This document shows positions 9,346 to 22,017 of a stretch of DNA of 64,000 nucleotides, piece by piece. Within the stretch, counting starts at the first letter, position 1. Every line of letters starts with the position of its first letter. This DNA is from Podarcis pityusensis (lineage: Eukaryota), in the NCBI GenBank assembly GCA_964106645.2, contig OZ067045.1. One strand, given 5' to 3'. The position numbers and the translations under genes were made by a program. Below the pieces are notes generated by a model, which saw nothing but the letters and a program-made list of their open reading frames with translations, was not told the origin of the DNA and did not search any database.

Positions 9346-12300
9346 CACACACTCCAAGGCTAAGCCCATGACAGTGGAAGCAGGCTTTGGTTCAAACAAC
9401 ACCCCCTGATTTCCTAGGCCCATTCAGTGATCTTTGACTGGACTATGACGGGGTTATTGGGGAAAGATTGGGGGGGGGCAGTTTTGGCTAACAGAACTAT
9501 GATGTAAGGAGACACCTGCTGAGTCAGGCCAAAGGTCCATCTCAGCCCAGCATCCTGTTTCCAACAATAAGCAACCAGAGGCATCTTGGGAGGCCACAAG
9601 CAGGTCAGGAGGAAAATAGACTGATCCTCACAGTTTGTCCCAGGTTTCTGGTGTTACTGGTAGGCTGCCTCTGCACTTGGAAGTTCTAGTTAGCCATTAT
9701 GATTCTTGGAAGGTCATAAATATACAGCACCTTTTTTTGCTTTTTTGTCAGAGTCCAGTGACCTTACAATCTTATCTGCTTCTTCTTTTTAAGGATAGTT
9801 ATGGAGATTTTGCAGCAATCTTCCTCAAACTGGTACCCACTAGATCTCTTAAGACTACAGCTCCCATCAACCTGAGCAAGGCATGGCTGATTTACAGGCA
9901 CAAAGTTTTTCACAGGGAGGTGCTCCTCCACAACCACAGCCAGGAGCATTAAAGTTATCCCAGTGATGAGCGATCAGTGATTATGCTAATTCAGAACTTA
10001 ACACTGCACCTTCGCACAAGCACACACCCTCCTACGAAAGAAGCGGGATTTGTATAATTTATTTTAAAGCCCCTCCTTCACTCACGCTCGGCTAGTACTT
10101 ACGAAACACAAGGGATTTACTTTATCTTTCCTCCTCCATTCAACCTCTTCCAGCCTAGATCCAGCAGTTCTGCCTGCACCAATCTTTGAGGGGAGGAAAT
10201 TACATTTCTGTGGACATAGGGGGTAGCTGTGACACAAGGCTAAACCCTCAGCTCCAAACGTGCTCTAGACAAAAGCTGCCAGGCTAATCCCACCCAACTG
10301 CACTGCACTGGGCAATTCCTTTTATCTGCTTTGCTCATGACAGACTTCAAACTGATTTCATGTCAGGTCTCAGGCACCTTACAATCCTGCTTTCCTAAGA
10401 AGAAAAGCCTCTTCTCTTCTTGCAGACTGTGGTTAAAGGAAGGTGGCCTTGTCCCAACAGCCAGAGTTAGCATTTCTGCAAGCGATGCAACAGAATTTCC
10501 TAGGATGCACTGCAGAAAATTGCTCCCCACAACAGCCCAACCAGGCCATGCCTGGCAAAGTGCCTGGATTAAACCTGCTCACCAAACTGACTGAAGCCCA
10601 CCAGGCACAGATCAAGCCTTGCTAGATGCTAAGCAACCACCAGACAACAAAACCAGGACGTTTCTGGAGCCCTACAGTCTGGCATGGTCCATTTAAGGAG
10701 CATATTTCATCCACAGAAAATAAGGAAGCACAACACCACTGAAAGAAAGTTGCAGCTCCAATACAAGCTTCTCTTTCTGCCATTGGAAGGAATATCATCT
10801 CACACTGGTGGTGGCAAGCCCTTGTTCTAGCTCCTTTGGGGAATAGTGGAAGAAAACTGGTCTATATATTACACCAACCCATGCCCTGCAATCCTGGTTA
10901 CAATACCATTCAGATAGAGTGTTTTCAGTGTCCTCAGATATGACATTTGGCACCAGCAAAGGTCACTTTAAGTGACAGGATTAGGGCCACTCCATCAACT
11001 CAGCTGTGAACTGCCATAGTTGGGCTTTCCACTTGCCCAGAACTCACCCTCTCAGTGGCCATTCCTCCTGGTTGCGCAACATTTACTTTTTTTGAAGAAT
11101 TTGTACCTAAAATTGCTTATTCTCCAGCACTAGATGCTACACTGAAGAGTGGCCCTCACTTCAGCCATCCCAGGGAGTGGTGGATCCTTCCCACTGCCAT
11201 GCCTTCATCTATTCCTCAAACTGAAACCCTGCCTGGCCTGATTGGCTGGGAGACCCCTATGTAAGCTTCCCACCTTTGCAGCTCATCCAGTCCTTGGGCA
11301 TTCTGCTTGCAATCTTCCATCTGCACTTCAGGCCTCTCCTGGGTCTCCCACCTGATTAAGAGTCCCCTCTGATGCTTCATCTGGGTTGGCACTCAGCTGA
11401 GCTAAACCCTGGGCTTGTTTCCTTAAGGTTAATTTTCTTTTAAACATGTACCAAGTGCATTCCTCTTGCCACTAAGTAGCTTGCTTTAACATACTGGAGA
11501 TTTTGGAACAGAGCTTCCAGGCGAAAGATGCCAAATTTGAGCCCTGGGCACCCAATTGTACGTACAACATACACTCTTCTATCTCCTTTTCCTTTTCTTA
11601 AGGAAAATAACCTCTGTTGCCAGCCTCCAGCTCATGAGTCACCTGCTTACTCTTAGTCTCTGAAACTGTGTTGCCTCAAATTTTGGGAAACTATGTAAGT
11701 GGACATAAATGACTAGTTTGTTGTCGGGAACCGAAAGCGCCCTGGTGATGCCAACCTCAGATAAAGCGGGTATTTTGCAGAGCTGCTAAGTAAACAGCCT
11801 CTTGGCTTGCCATGCCAAACACTACAGTGCTCACAGCTGCTGCCCATTCTGGGACGCACCCTGCAGGAAACACAACTCTCCCTCCCTACTCTGCTTGGCA
11901 AACCCAGCTGCTGATTGATTTCCACAACAGGAAGGTGTGGCAAGCAATGGGAGCTGATGAAGCATCCTTTTATGCTGTTTACCAAAGGGTCAAACCAGAT
12001 ACGCACACATTGCCCCAAACACAAGGCCAACTTGCCTTCCAGCACAGGGCAGCTTGAGAGCTGTTAAGAAGGCAAATACAAATGCCCACCCATCTAAAGC
12101 AGCCTTTGCCAACCTGGTCAGACTACATCTCCCATCAGCCTCAGCTACCACAGAGGCTGCTCTAAAGTGCTGAAATGCTAGCAATCATCAACCAGTGGAC
12201 AGGTGCTTGGCTCACACCCTCCAGTTACTGAATCTGCATCTGCCTTCTCTCAACGTGGGGCATTCTGTGCTCTGAACTCTATGGGGAATGGCCCTGTTAT

Positions 12301-12759
12301 ATGATCAGGTGGTCCTTCCAGGATTCACACTCCTCCTTTTCACTCTTCCCAGCTGTGCATGAGTGCTAACTGTGGTTAGCCATTGGAGAAACATTCAGCA
12401 CATAAGCAGAAGCAATCTTGCTTATTGCTACTTCGCATGTTGAACTTTGCACTGCAAACAAGTCCTGGGAGAAGACTCTAGCCTGGGTACCTGCTCCCTC
12501 TTTGTGGGGCACTAGTGGTTTGGACTGGGTACACTGCTCTGCCATGGGGACAGACCTGTCTTTTCATCACTGATAATGACTTAGAGCTTTCTACCTTGGC
12601 ATTATTTGCTTCCTTGCACTGGCAAGGGAACATTGATGAGGAACTACTGGCTTCCTATACTGATGCAGCCAGAAGAAGAATCCGAGGCAAAACTGCACAG
12701 CATCCCTTTTACAACAGCCCTTCCCCCAAATAGGACATTCTGGGCCTGGAAAACTTATT

Positions 12760-13130
12760 AGCACAAGTTTGATCAGAAGGGGAAACCCTGTTGATTGTGG
12801 TGCTGCCCAGCTCATATTTCTCTGTAACAAGGCCTCCTTGGTGGTGGATCCCCATTTTTGGAATGACCTCCCTAGTAAGGTGTGTCCAATTTACATTCAG
12901 GGGGCATTTGCTGACTGAAAAGATGCTCTTCCCAGCAACTTTGTAATTATTTGCTGTGAGGATATGCAGCTGTTTTAAAATGTTTTTAGGTGGCCTTAAA
13001 GTTTATAAAGAGGTTTTTATTGTATTGTAATTGCATTGTTTTACTACCTTGTTGCTTACTGCCCTGGGCTCCTTTCAGAGCAAGGGTTGGGCAGAAAATT
13101 AATTAACAAATAAGCAAACAAATAAGCAAA
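12760..13130 (+). mobile_element. L2 LINE 3' fragment (degraded)
   Basis: aggcctccttggtggtggatcccc...tggaatgacctccc...ctgccctgggctcctttcagagcaagggttggg with an A-rich tail. Confidence 0.55.
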
Positions 13131-16100
13131 CAGGGGAGAAACTGAGTTCAGCATCAACTCCCAAGGGAGCCAGATTGCACCTCATCCTGAGAGCGAGAGA
13201 GAGGTAGAAAGAGAGAGAGAGCTCAAACTGCAAGACTGACCTCCCACCAAAAGGCCAAGGTCATGGTTAATCAGGGTTTTTTCCCCAGTCTTCCGCAGAA
13301 CGAACAATGGCAAGATTCTTTGGCCAATGCTGCTTTTGGCAAGCAAAGGCTGTCTGGGTTCCTGCTGGCTTCTCTTCCAAAGCACTTTTATTCCTTGAGT
13401 AAGAAGGGTGTTGCCTGACACAACACATTAAGACTTCTTACTGGAGCTGGAGAACATCTCTGCTTGCACACAGATCTATTTGCAGCACCTGCACATTCAC
13501 ACATTAGGAAGGGGCCTGCCACCCTCAGCGCCATCCCCTTGTTACTTATGTGCACAGTACCTAGGTGTATGCTGGCAAGAAGGGGGAGGAACCATAAGCA
13601 AACATTTAAATACAAGGAGTCTAAATATAAAGTGACTTAATTAATTCAGTCTAATTTGATTAAAGTTTAAGCTAAAAAAATTAAACCTTGCTGATAATGC
13701 CAGTGCCTCTGCACTCATTGGCCAAGGCATTGGAAGGGATTTGAGAGCAAGCTAGCTTCTTCCTGAACAACCAGAGAAGAACACAGATGGATTGCATTAT
13801 GCACCTCCCTTTCAGAAGCAGGCACACCAAACCCTTTTGCCTCCTCTCTTTTTTTTCCATGAGAGCATTAATGGGAGACGCTTGAGGCACCCCCCCCAAA
13901 AAAAAACACTTCAGGGGGCCCGGGGGCCCAGAGCCCTTCCCTTGCCCCCCAATTCAATTGGCTTCTAAGAACAGCAACTATTTCACATGGGAGAGCCCCA
14001 ACTCAACCACAGTTTTAACTCTGCAGTCAATTACATTGATTAATGCCTAATTCATTTCAGTCTTCTGTTATAAAGCACTATTAACATGCAAGGCACATCT
14101 TGTTTGTCCTCTCACTTCCATTTTGCAGATGGAGAAGACCAGGGGCCCTTTTTTCTGCATGGAATCCCCCCGCCACACACACAGAGCCTTCCTTTTCTTG
14201 AGCTCACTGGGTCAGGTAACTGGAAAACAACAACAGATCATTTTTTCACCCTTATATACACCTCTACAGGCACCACCCATAGAAGCAGGGCGGGTGGGTT
14301 GCATGCAAACCTTAATCTTGACAGCATTTCCACTGTCAGAAGAAATACATCATCACCACCTTGCCACCCCTGGAAAAGCCTGACATCTATTGTTAGGATG
14401 GATGAATATGTGCATATTCTGTGCTATTTTATGAGAAAGAAAAGGCTTTGATGAGAGAAGAGTAGCAACAGTGGAGTATTTTGGGTGAGGGGCAGTACAG
14501 GATGTCCATCCAGCCAAGAACAGAGGTGCAGAGGTTAGTGCCTGCTTAATGAGGCACTATGTTGGAAAGTCATGAATGGGAGGCACAGGTAGGAACCAAC
14601 AATGCAAAGCACCTGGAGGAAAGAAAAACACCCTAAGGGCTGAGCACTAGATGCTGGTCCAAGGCCACCCAGCCAAATGGGTGTCTCTCTGGCCCAGGTG
14701 CTGCTGCTCTCTAATCACTGGATAGAATTGCCCACAGCCCCAGTTCTAACGTTGCCCCCTGGAGGTGCTGGTGCCATGACTTAAAGAAGGTTAGGCAGCT
14801 GGGGAAGAGGAAGCATTCTGCTGGGTGATGCTGGCCGTCAAAACAGCAAGGCAGTGGCAGCAACAGCAACAATTTAAGTGGGCCTGGAAAGCATCCAACA
14901 AGGAAAACAAAATAGCTACCCTGTTCACCTCCCTCCCACCCCCAGCTGTTCAGAGCTGGACTGGAAGGAGCCAATGCACATCAGAGAAGGGTTAAAAATA
15001 TTGCCAGCTGGGCCATCCGATCTGGCAAGGCAGAGGAATGAGCAAGGGTGGATTTATCAGCATCACAGCATCCAGAGAGACACCAGGATTACAGAGGAGA
15101 CGATTCCTCTTCCTGCTACCCAGCAGGGCCAATGCAGCCACACAGAGAAACTAGGATTTCAAGTTACAGGCATAAAAATGTCAACCACGGGTGCTGGTTC
15201 AGATCCCTACTATGCCATGAAACTCACTGCCTAACCTATTTCAAAGTGTCTTGCATGGCCATCGTAAGGTTTAGGTATGTGCAGTGCTTCACACATCCTC
15301 AAGCATCCTTTCCCAACTTCAGCCACTTTGGACTACAGCTGTGCTGGGGGGCACCAGGTTGATAGGGCTACTTTAAAGGACTACCTTATGGTAATTGAAA
15401 TGATGGTAACCAGGCCTGCTGCATTCTGCACAATTGCCCTGACAAAGTCAGCCTTGGTTCTCTATGGCCAAAATCGGCACCCAAAGAATGTCAACTTTAT
15501 GAAGCCTCCTTTTCTAAAAAAAGCCCTGGCAACTGTGGGGATAAGTGCAGGGCAGCACCCAGGGCTAAACCAACCACAGAAGCAACCATCCAAAGCACTT
15601 TGGAAAGGTCCACCCCAACATCATCTTCAACACTGGAAAGGCACTTGTTTTTGGTGCAGGATGTAGATAATTTCCCTTAAAACATCAGCACAGATCGACC
15701 TTTAGATTTAGGGGGCGGGGGAGAGGAAGGAAGGGATGGAGAAAGCTGCAAAATAATTATTCTCCTAGGCACATCTAAGTTGCAAGGTGTTAGAAAGGTG
15801 GGGAGATGATTGGTTCGGAAGTGTTAATTCAGCAGTAAAATCCCTTCCATTCAAGTGTAACTAAATCCTATATGAAAGGTAAAGATCATTTACAAGAGGG
15901 AAAAGGATCACCACTCCTAGCTTTGTGGACAAGGAAGACAGGGGTAATGACTGGTGAACTAGTGGGCATTTGCAACCCTCTTAAAGCACATGAAAGCCTC
16001 ACCTCACACCAGGGTTTGCACATTTGATCACAGAGGCAAAGGAAGGCTTTGTGTGCAGACTAGACTAGCCTCACTCATGGTCCATTTCAAGCTGGAATGA

Positions 16101-17179
16101 TGGGTTATTCTGTCCTACATCACCATTTGTGCCTTTTTGTTTCTTAACACACAGGAGCCCCTATCTGCCTCTTTTGCATAAAAACTGAAAAGCACAAACC
16201 ATTCAGAATAAAACAACAACCACTCAGCCTGCAAAGGTGATGATGTTGGTGTGTGTGATGGATCTAGCCTTTCTTCCTTCTCCCTCATGGCCGCCCCCAC
16301 AAAGCGGCTCTATTGTTAGCCGAACTCCCGTTCTGCCAAGAGCACGCAGGTGCTTTTCAGCTTTTGGGTGGATGAAACCACCTGGAAAATCTGCATTCAA
16401 TTTCATCCCCCTTCTGGCCACAGTGCCTTTGTTCCTGCAGTTATTACACAAAGCTGGCAAAGGATGGCAGCCAGACAGACAGCAAAAAGGAGAGAGGACT
16501 TGGGGGCGGGGGAGAGGGGGAGGAGAAGGAGGAGGCTATGGTTCTTTTAGGGTTGCCAATATGCAAAATCCCATTTCCAACAGGGCACTGGCTTCTTTTC
16601 TCCCCCAAAACAAAAAAGGCCATTGTAGGGAAAAGGAGCTCATGAACAGGAAATCCTTGAATGTATTGTCATCATCGCCACTAATACATTTCTTGAATCC
16701 CACCACTAGCCAGACCACAGGGGCAGCTTGGGCCGTTTCCGGTGGGGTTACAATCTGCACAAAGCAGGTGACGCTGGGGGGGGGGGGAGGATAAGGGACA
16801 AGTGCAGGGCTCAGTTTCAGTGCCAAGACTCCGCAACATACAAGGGTGAGATATTCATCCACTGAAATGGATGTTGGCTGGCAAACAGGTTGGAAGGGAG
16901 AGTACCTCTGAGCATCTGCAGAGTTTCTTTCAGTCATAGGTATTTATTTCTTGGGCTATGAAGCAGGCTGATTAACAGGCCTTGTTAGATGGAGCAAGAG
17001 AGATGAATCTGAAGGTGAAAAGTGAAGGGGTGTGCTTGTTTTTGCTATAGTTTGAACATTTCATCATCTTGGAACTTTTCTGAAATGTTTTGCTGATTCT
17101 TATTGTTCTCATGATCCCACTCATGCCACCCTGGCAAATATACATAAGTAAAGGGTGGGATTAAAAATATATTTTAAAT

Positions 17180-17308
17180 CGGCCTTCCCCACCCTAGTGC
17201 CTTCCAGATGTTTGGGACTACAATTCCCATCAGTGCCAGCCAGCATAGGGAATTCTGATAGGAACTATAATTCAAAACATCTGGAGGGCACCAGGTGGGT
17301 GAAAGCTG
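17180..17308. mobile_element. Palindromic ~130-bp MITE (hAT-like)
   Basis: gccttccccaccctagtgccttccagatgtttgggactacaattccc ... ggaactataattcaaaacatctggagggcaccaggtgggtgaaagctg. Confidence 0.8.
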
Positions 17309-19444
17309 CTTTTAGCAAATAAGCAAGCCTCTCTCTTAGTAACGATTGGAGTCTCTTTGGCATCCTGTATGGTGCCTGGCACATTCCTGAGGCTTATTAA
17401 GAACCAGACAACCATATTTCTGGGTGTGTAGCAGCAAGCATGGAATTACATTGGCATACGTGTAAGTGTGGAGGGGGGCAACTGAAGATGAACATCAGCC
17501 TTGCATGAAGTCCTTTCTGGGTCTGGCTGGATGCTTTAATGTATTTCCTGGTAACCAGTCATAGTCCCATCCCCCTACGCTGCGCATGGTAATTTGCACT
17601 CTTAATCAAATAATTGGAGTGATTAGGCAATGGATGGTTTGACTGCAGATTAAAAACAGAGCTCCAATAGACTGGAACCAGCCATCTGGTCTCTCTGTGT
17701 GTCTCTTTGCTACCTCTCAATGACTCTTCAGAAGCTTCTGCTGGGGAACACCAGGGCAGCTCTGCTTGCAGGCACCCATCCCAGTGTAAACCTACCCTCC
17801 TCCATAACTTTCTACCTACAGGGTTCAGGTTTTAAGGTCTGCACAAGCCACAAGCCCTGTCTCCTCCATAGCATCTCACCGACTGTGATCTTCATCACAG
17901 ACCAAGCACACCTTTTTGACTGCACCAACCAAGTTCAGACAGCAGAAGCAGTGTTAGAAACTGAAATACTGTATGAAAGCTAGGAGCTAAATGGCACCTT
18001 AAACCTAGGTTATGGGCGCAACAACGGAATGCCTAGGTGCGCTTTTTTATAACAAGAATACAAAGCTGAAAATGAATGAACTGCAGCTAAAATATTATGT
18101 TCATTTTTCACATGGTTTAGTCCTTCCCCTGCCCACCCCCCTAATATTCTTAAGAGGGTCTCTTCTCCAGTCTTCAGAGAGAAGCTGGAAGTGTGGAGGC
18201 AGAAAAAGGTCCTCCTTTCCTTCCACTCTGCAGTTTTAATCTGAAATTTTAGGTGCAGTACTACGCCCAGAGCTCAGAAACTGCTGGCACTAATGAAATT
18301 CCCTGTGACAAAATGCGCCTAGAACAATGGGAGTTTCAAACACTGAGCAGAAGCACTCACCAGGGACATCCTCAGTAGCTGTCCCTCTCTCACAAAACTC
18401 ACCACGAGTCCAAGCCTGAGCACTTTCCATGAATCATATCAACACCATTTGGGCTGGGGTGGATTTGGTGGGCTGAGATTAAGCCAGCAGCAACCCACCT
18501 CTGCCCCTATCTCATTAGCCGGCATTAAGCAAAGCATAATTCTCCCCTTCCTCTCTGCTCCACATCTGCAACATGGGGCAGTAACAAAGGCATATATTCC
18601 TGTGACATAATTTTTTCCTTACCACTTTTAATACTGAATTCCAAATTGTTGCAATTGTTGGTGAAGGGCAGATAATTCTAATATACTAGCACTAATTATA
18701 CCACTGGACTGGTTTAAAGATTACAGAGATAATGTGCTTTGAAAATACAAAAAGTGTTGTATAAATGCTATTACTAAGTCAGTATTGGCAGTTTTCATTT
18801 GAGAAGCAATTTTGCTCTGGAGTTATTGGCTGCAAGTCTTTGCAGAAGACGTGACTTGACTAAGCTGCCAAACAAAAACAAAACTGAATTTGATGCTCTC
18901 CAGATCTGGTGAGTCCCAGGGACATTCATGACTCTTTCCCCTAGCAAAGATCCCCCTTCATGCCATCACTTCACCTGAGGCATCACAAACATGAAAGCAT
19001 ACAAAAGGCTGTGCCAGCAGCAGCCTTCTTGCTCTGTGTCCTGGCTGTCCTTGTGGTGAGTGAGCCGCCCAGGGATGCAGGCCATGTATAAAGGACAAGT
19101 GTTGCCCTCTCAGGGCCCTAATCGAGTATATTGGTTCGGGCTATAAATATTTCCAGGTGAGGCCTGACCTATTGCACCTGAGCAAGAACCAAGCTCTGAA
19201 CTTCTGAGTTTGTCTCCCTGCCACTGCTGCACTTCTGCCTGCACACACATTCCAGTCCTTCCCCTTTGGACTAACTCTGGAGAGCAACTGGCTTTGCCTT
19301 TGGCTCTCCAGTGAATCTGCCCCAGTGTTTTCTCCAAGTCTGGCCCCAAACCTATGAGGACTTGCAATAGGTGCTACAGATGCTCAGCTGCCCACAGTCA
19401 GGTGCTAGCAGTTGGGGATAGGAGAGGTCAATGAGCAATTGAGA

Positions 19445-19592
19445 GGATCAGCACAGTGTACTGGTCAGAGTGCTGGAGACTAGAGTTCAAATCCCTGCTG
19501 CGTCATGAAGGTCACAGGGTGACCTTGAGCAAGTGACCAGCTCTCAGCCTGGCCTACCTCACAGAAGCAGCTTGGAGGATAAAATAAGGAGG
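19445..19592 (+). mobile_element. MIR/Squam3-like tRNA-CORE SINE
   Basis: Box B-like gagttcaaatccc followed by gggtgaccttgagcaagt...cctacctcacag...aggataaaat. Confidence 0.65.
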
Positions 19593-20925
19593 GGTCAGCT
19601 CACCCATAAAGCAAGATGAGGCAACCGTCTCAGGTGGTAGGATTCACAGGGCAGCAAATGCAGCCTCCAAGGAATGCACCCTTGCAGCTGCTGTCATGGT
19701 GGCATCAACAGTTGAAGCTTACACCTTAGAGACAAAATCTGCCCCCCACCCTAGGTTGCCTCTATAGCATCCTCTTGGTGAATGGGTGCTACTGCTGGTC
19801 TCCTCTACTCTTGTTCACTCACCCCTTCTTCCCTGGTGGTGGTGGGTGCCATTTTGTGGTTCACCTCAGGTGCCAAAATGTATTGGGCCGGTCCTGGGGC
19901 CAGCCTTCAAAGAATATAAAGAATTCTCTCCAGGATAGGAATAACAGAGCGCTCAGTGACTGGGAACAGCACTTGGAAGGCTGCACGTTGCTCACACCAC
20001 CCACTAAGCACCTGCCTCATATCTATACGCTAAGAAATGTACGGCTATTTTGATAGTTTGGGGGGTGGGACTGCAAATTGTGTCAAGGATAGCCTTTTCC
20101 TTCCCTTCTTAACACTTCCCTCTGCCAATCTGCAGCCTCTCTTTTGCAGCCTCGACAGCAGCAGCGGGGGCAACAGCTCAGAGCAAAAAAAGCAACAGGA
20201 AGAAAAATCAGATTGTGAGGGCCCTCTTGTCTTACACAGGCTGATTCTGATGGGAGTTGCAGCACCAAACATCTGGAGAGCACCAGGTTTGCAAATGCCG
20301 CAATAGGGAACTCAAGGTAAAAAGCAAGCTTGGGGTTTTTATTTAAGGGTGGTGAAGGTAAACTCAGGAGAAGGTAAACCGATTTTGCACCCACAGGATG
20401 TTTGAGAAGGGGGATACTCTGCTCTCCAAGCTATAGAAATGAGCCTCAGGAGAAAGCTCTGCCCAGTCACAGACCCTCTTGGGGGTATAAATATAGCCGA
20501 CAGAGACAAATCCTTTCCTCCCATTGTTCTAACTTCCTGTGAGCTCAGCACAACACAGATCCCCCTTATCAGCCAGCCGGCTGCCAATCCCGGTTTCTGC
20601 AACATGAGAACAGCGGAAGAAAGTCACAGAATTGCTGCAAGCTCTGGGAAGAGAAGCATCTGAGTTGGCGCCTTTCCAGTCTCTGTCCCAAAGGAAAACA
20701 TTTACAAGCCCAGGGTGTGATTTCATGCTGATGAGGGAAACCATTCAAAGTTCCTTCCCCTGCAGCAAGTTCAGGAGGCACCTGAACTCTCCCTTTTTTG
20801 TGAGGAAGGACAACTATCATAGTGACCCTGCCCTCATATCACCAACTCTGAGTGAACTGCTTTATGCGTTAAATTGCTTTATGTGTTGTTATTTTGTCAA
20901 ATCAATTTGAAACTTTTTATTGCAT

Positions 20926-21121
20926 AAAGGTAAAAGGTAAAGGACCCTTGGATGGTTAAGTTCAGTCAAAGGCGACTATGGGGTGCAGCACTCATCTCAC
21001 TTTCAGGCTGAGGGAGCCAGCATTTGTCCACAGACAGGTTTCTAGGTCATGTGGCCAGCGTCACTAAGCTGCTTCTGGAGCAACGGAACACTGTGACGGA
21101 AACCAGAGCGCATGGAAATGC
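20926..21121 (-). mobile_element. 5'-truncated Sauria SINE
   Basis: (aaaggt)n tail, then a body aligning with the 24586 copy (cgactatggggtgcagcactcatctc...gggagccagc...ggtcatgtggccagc); ends abruptly at ~21121. Confidence 0.85.
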
Positions 21122-21295
21122 AAGAGACCACCACCAACATCATCACCAGGAACAAGCAAGTTATACAGTCCTTCTGTATTACTGGTAATTACCAGGACTT
21201 CTTCTTTGGTTAAAAAGTGTGACACTTACTGTAACAACTTCATGGTGAGTACCGGCAGGTACCAGCACCAATTTTTCTAGAAAAAACACACACTG
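21122..21295. mobile_element. Probable non-autonomous DNA transposon end abutting the truncated Sauria SINE
   Basis: Ends ...gagtaccggcaggtaccagcaccaatttttctagaaaaaacacacactg, resembling recalled squamate hAT-type MITE termini. Confidence 0.45.
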
Positions 21296-22017
21296 CTAGT
21301 GCTGAACAGAATTTCAGACACTTTCTAGACCTTTCAGAGACCCTTTTGTGAAGTGGCCTGGTGAAACCTAATAAGGACTTCCAGAGATCAGGTAGGAGTG
21401 AGATGTGGAAGGGCAGGGGAGCCTTAGGTGACCTGCAGTGATCTCAATAGTTTATAGTCTTCATCCTACAGCTCCCATCAGCCCCAGAACCAGACAGGCT
21501 ACCCATAGTTAGTCAACATAATCTCCCTCCTCTCTATCCTTTGAAAACTTGAAATCTTGGAAGCACAACAAATTTCACATAATGTTCAAATGATGCATAC
21601 ACATAATGTTTTAATCCTGTTTTTTTACAAATATGATCACTTTTTAGATTTTTCTTCATTTTGTTTCATGCCAGTTTTAATGTAGGTGTTTATTGTGAGC
21701 TGCTTTTGTCAAATAAATAAAAATTAATAAGTTTAATAAATAATAATAATTTATTCTGATTGAAGGGTTAGGATTTCCTTGGTGCAGACGATATACATTA
21801 CCAGTTACTAGAACTGGAAAAATTGGGGAGTCCACTCCCCAGGTTCTGCATGCCATCAGATACAGCCATGCAGTTCAGTATTGTGGACCCTGACCCTGTC
21901 AAACTTGCTCCTGACTGAGATTAGACAGGCCCCCTCCCTGCTGAACTTGAGGTGATTGACAAACACTTTCCTGTTTCAGCAAGCATTTTAAGGTAGGCAT
22001 TCTAGGATGAATGATAA

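Noticed and set aside
21222-21250. accATG AAG TTG TTA CA|gtaagt as a micro first exon
   Set aside because: Lies within a probable transposon remnant and ends in phase 2, incompatible with the phase-0 intron.
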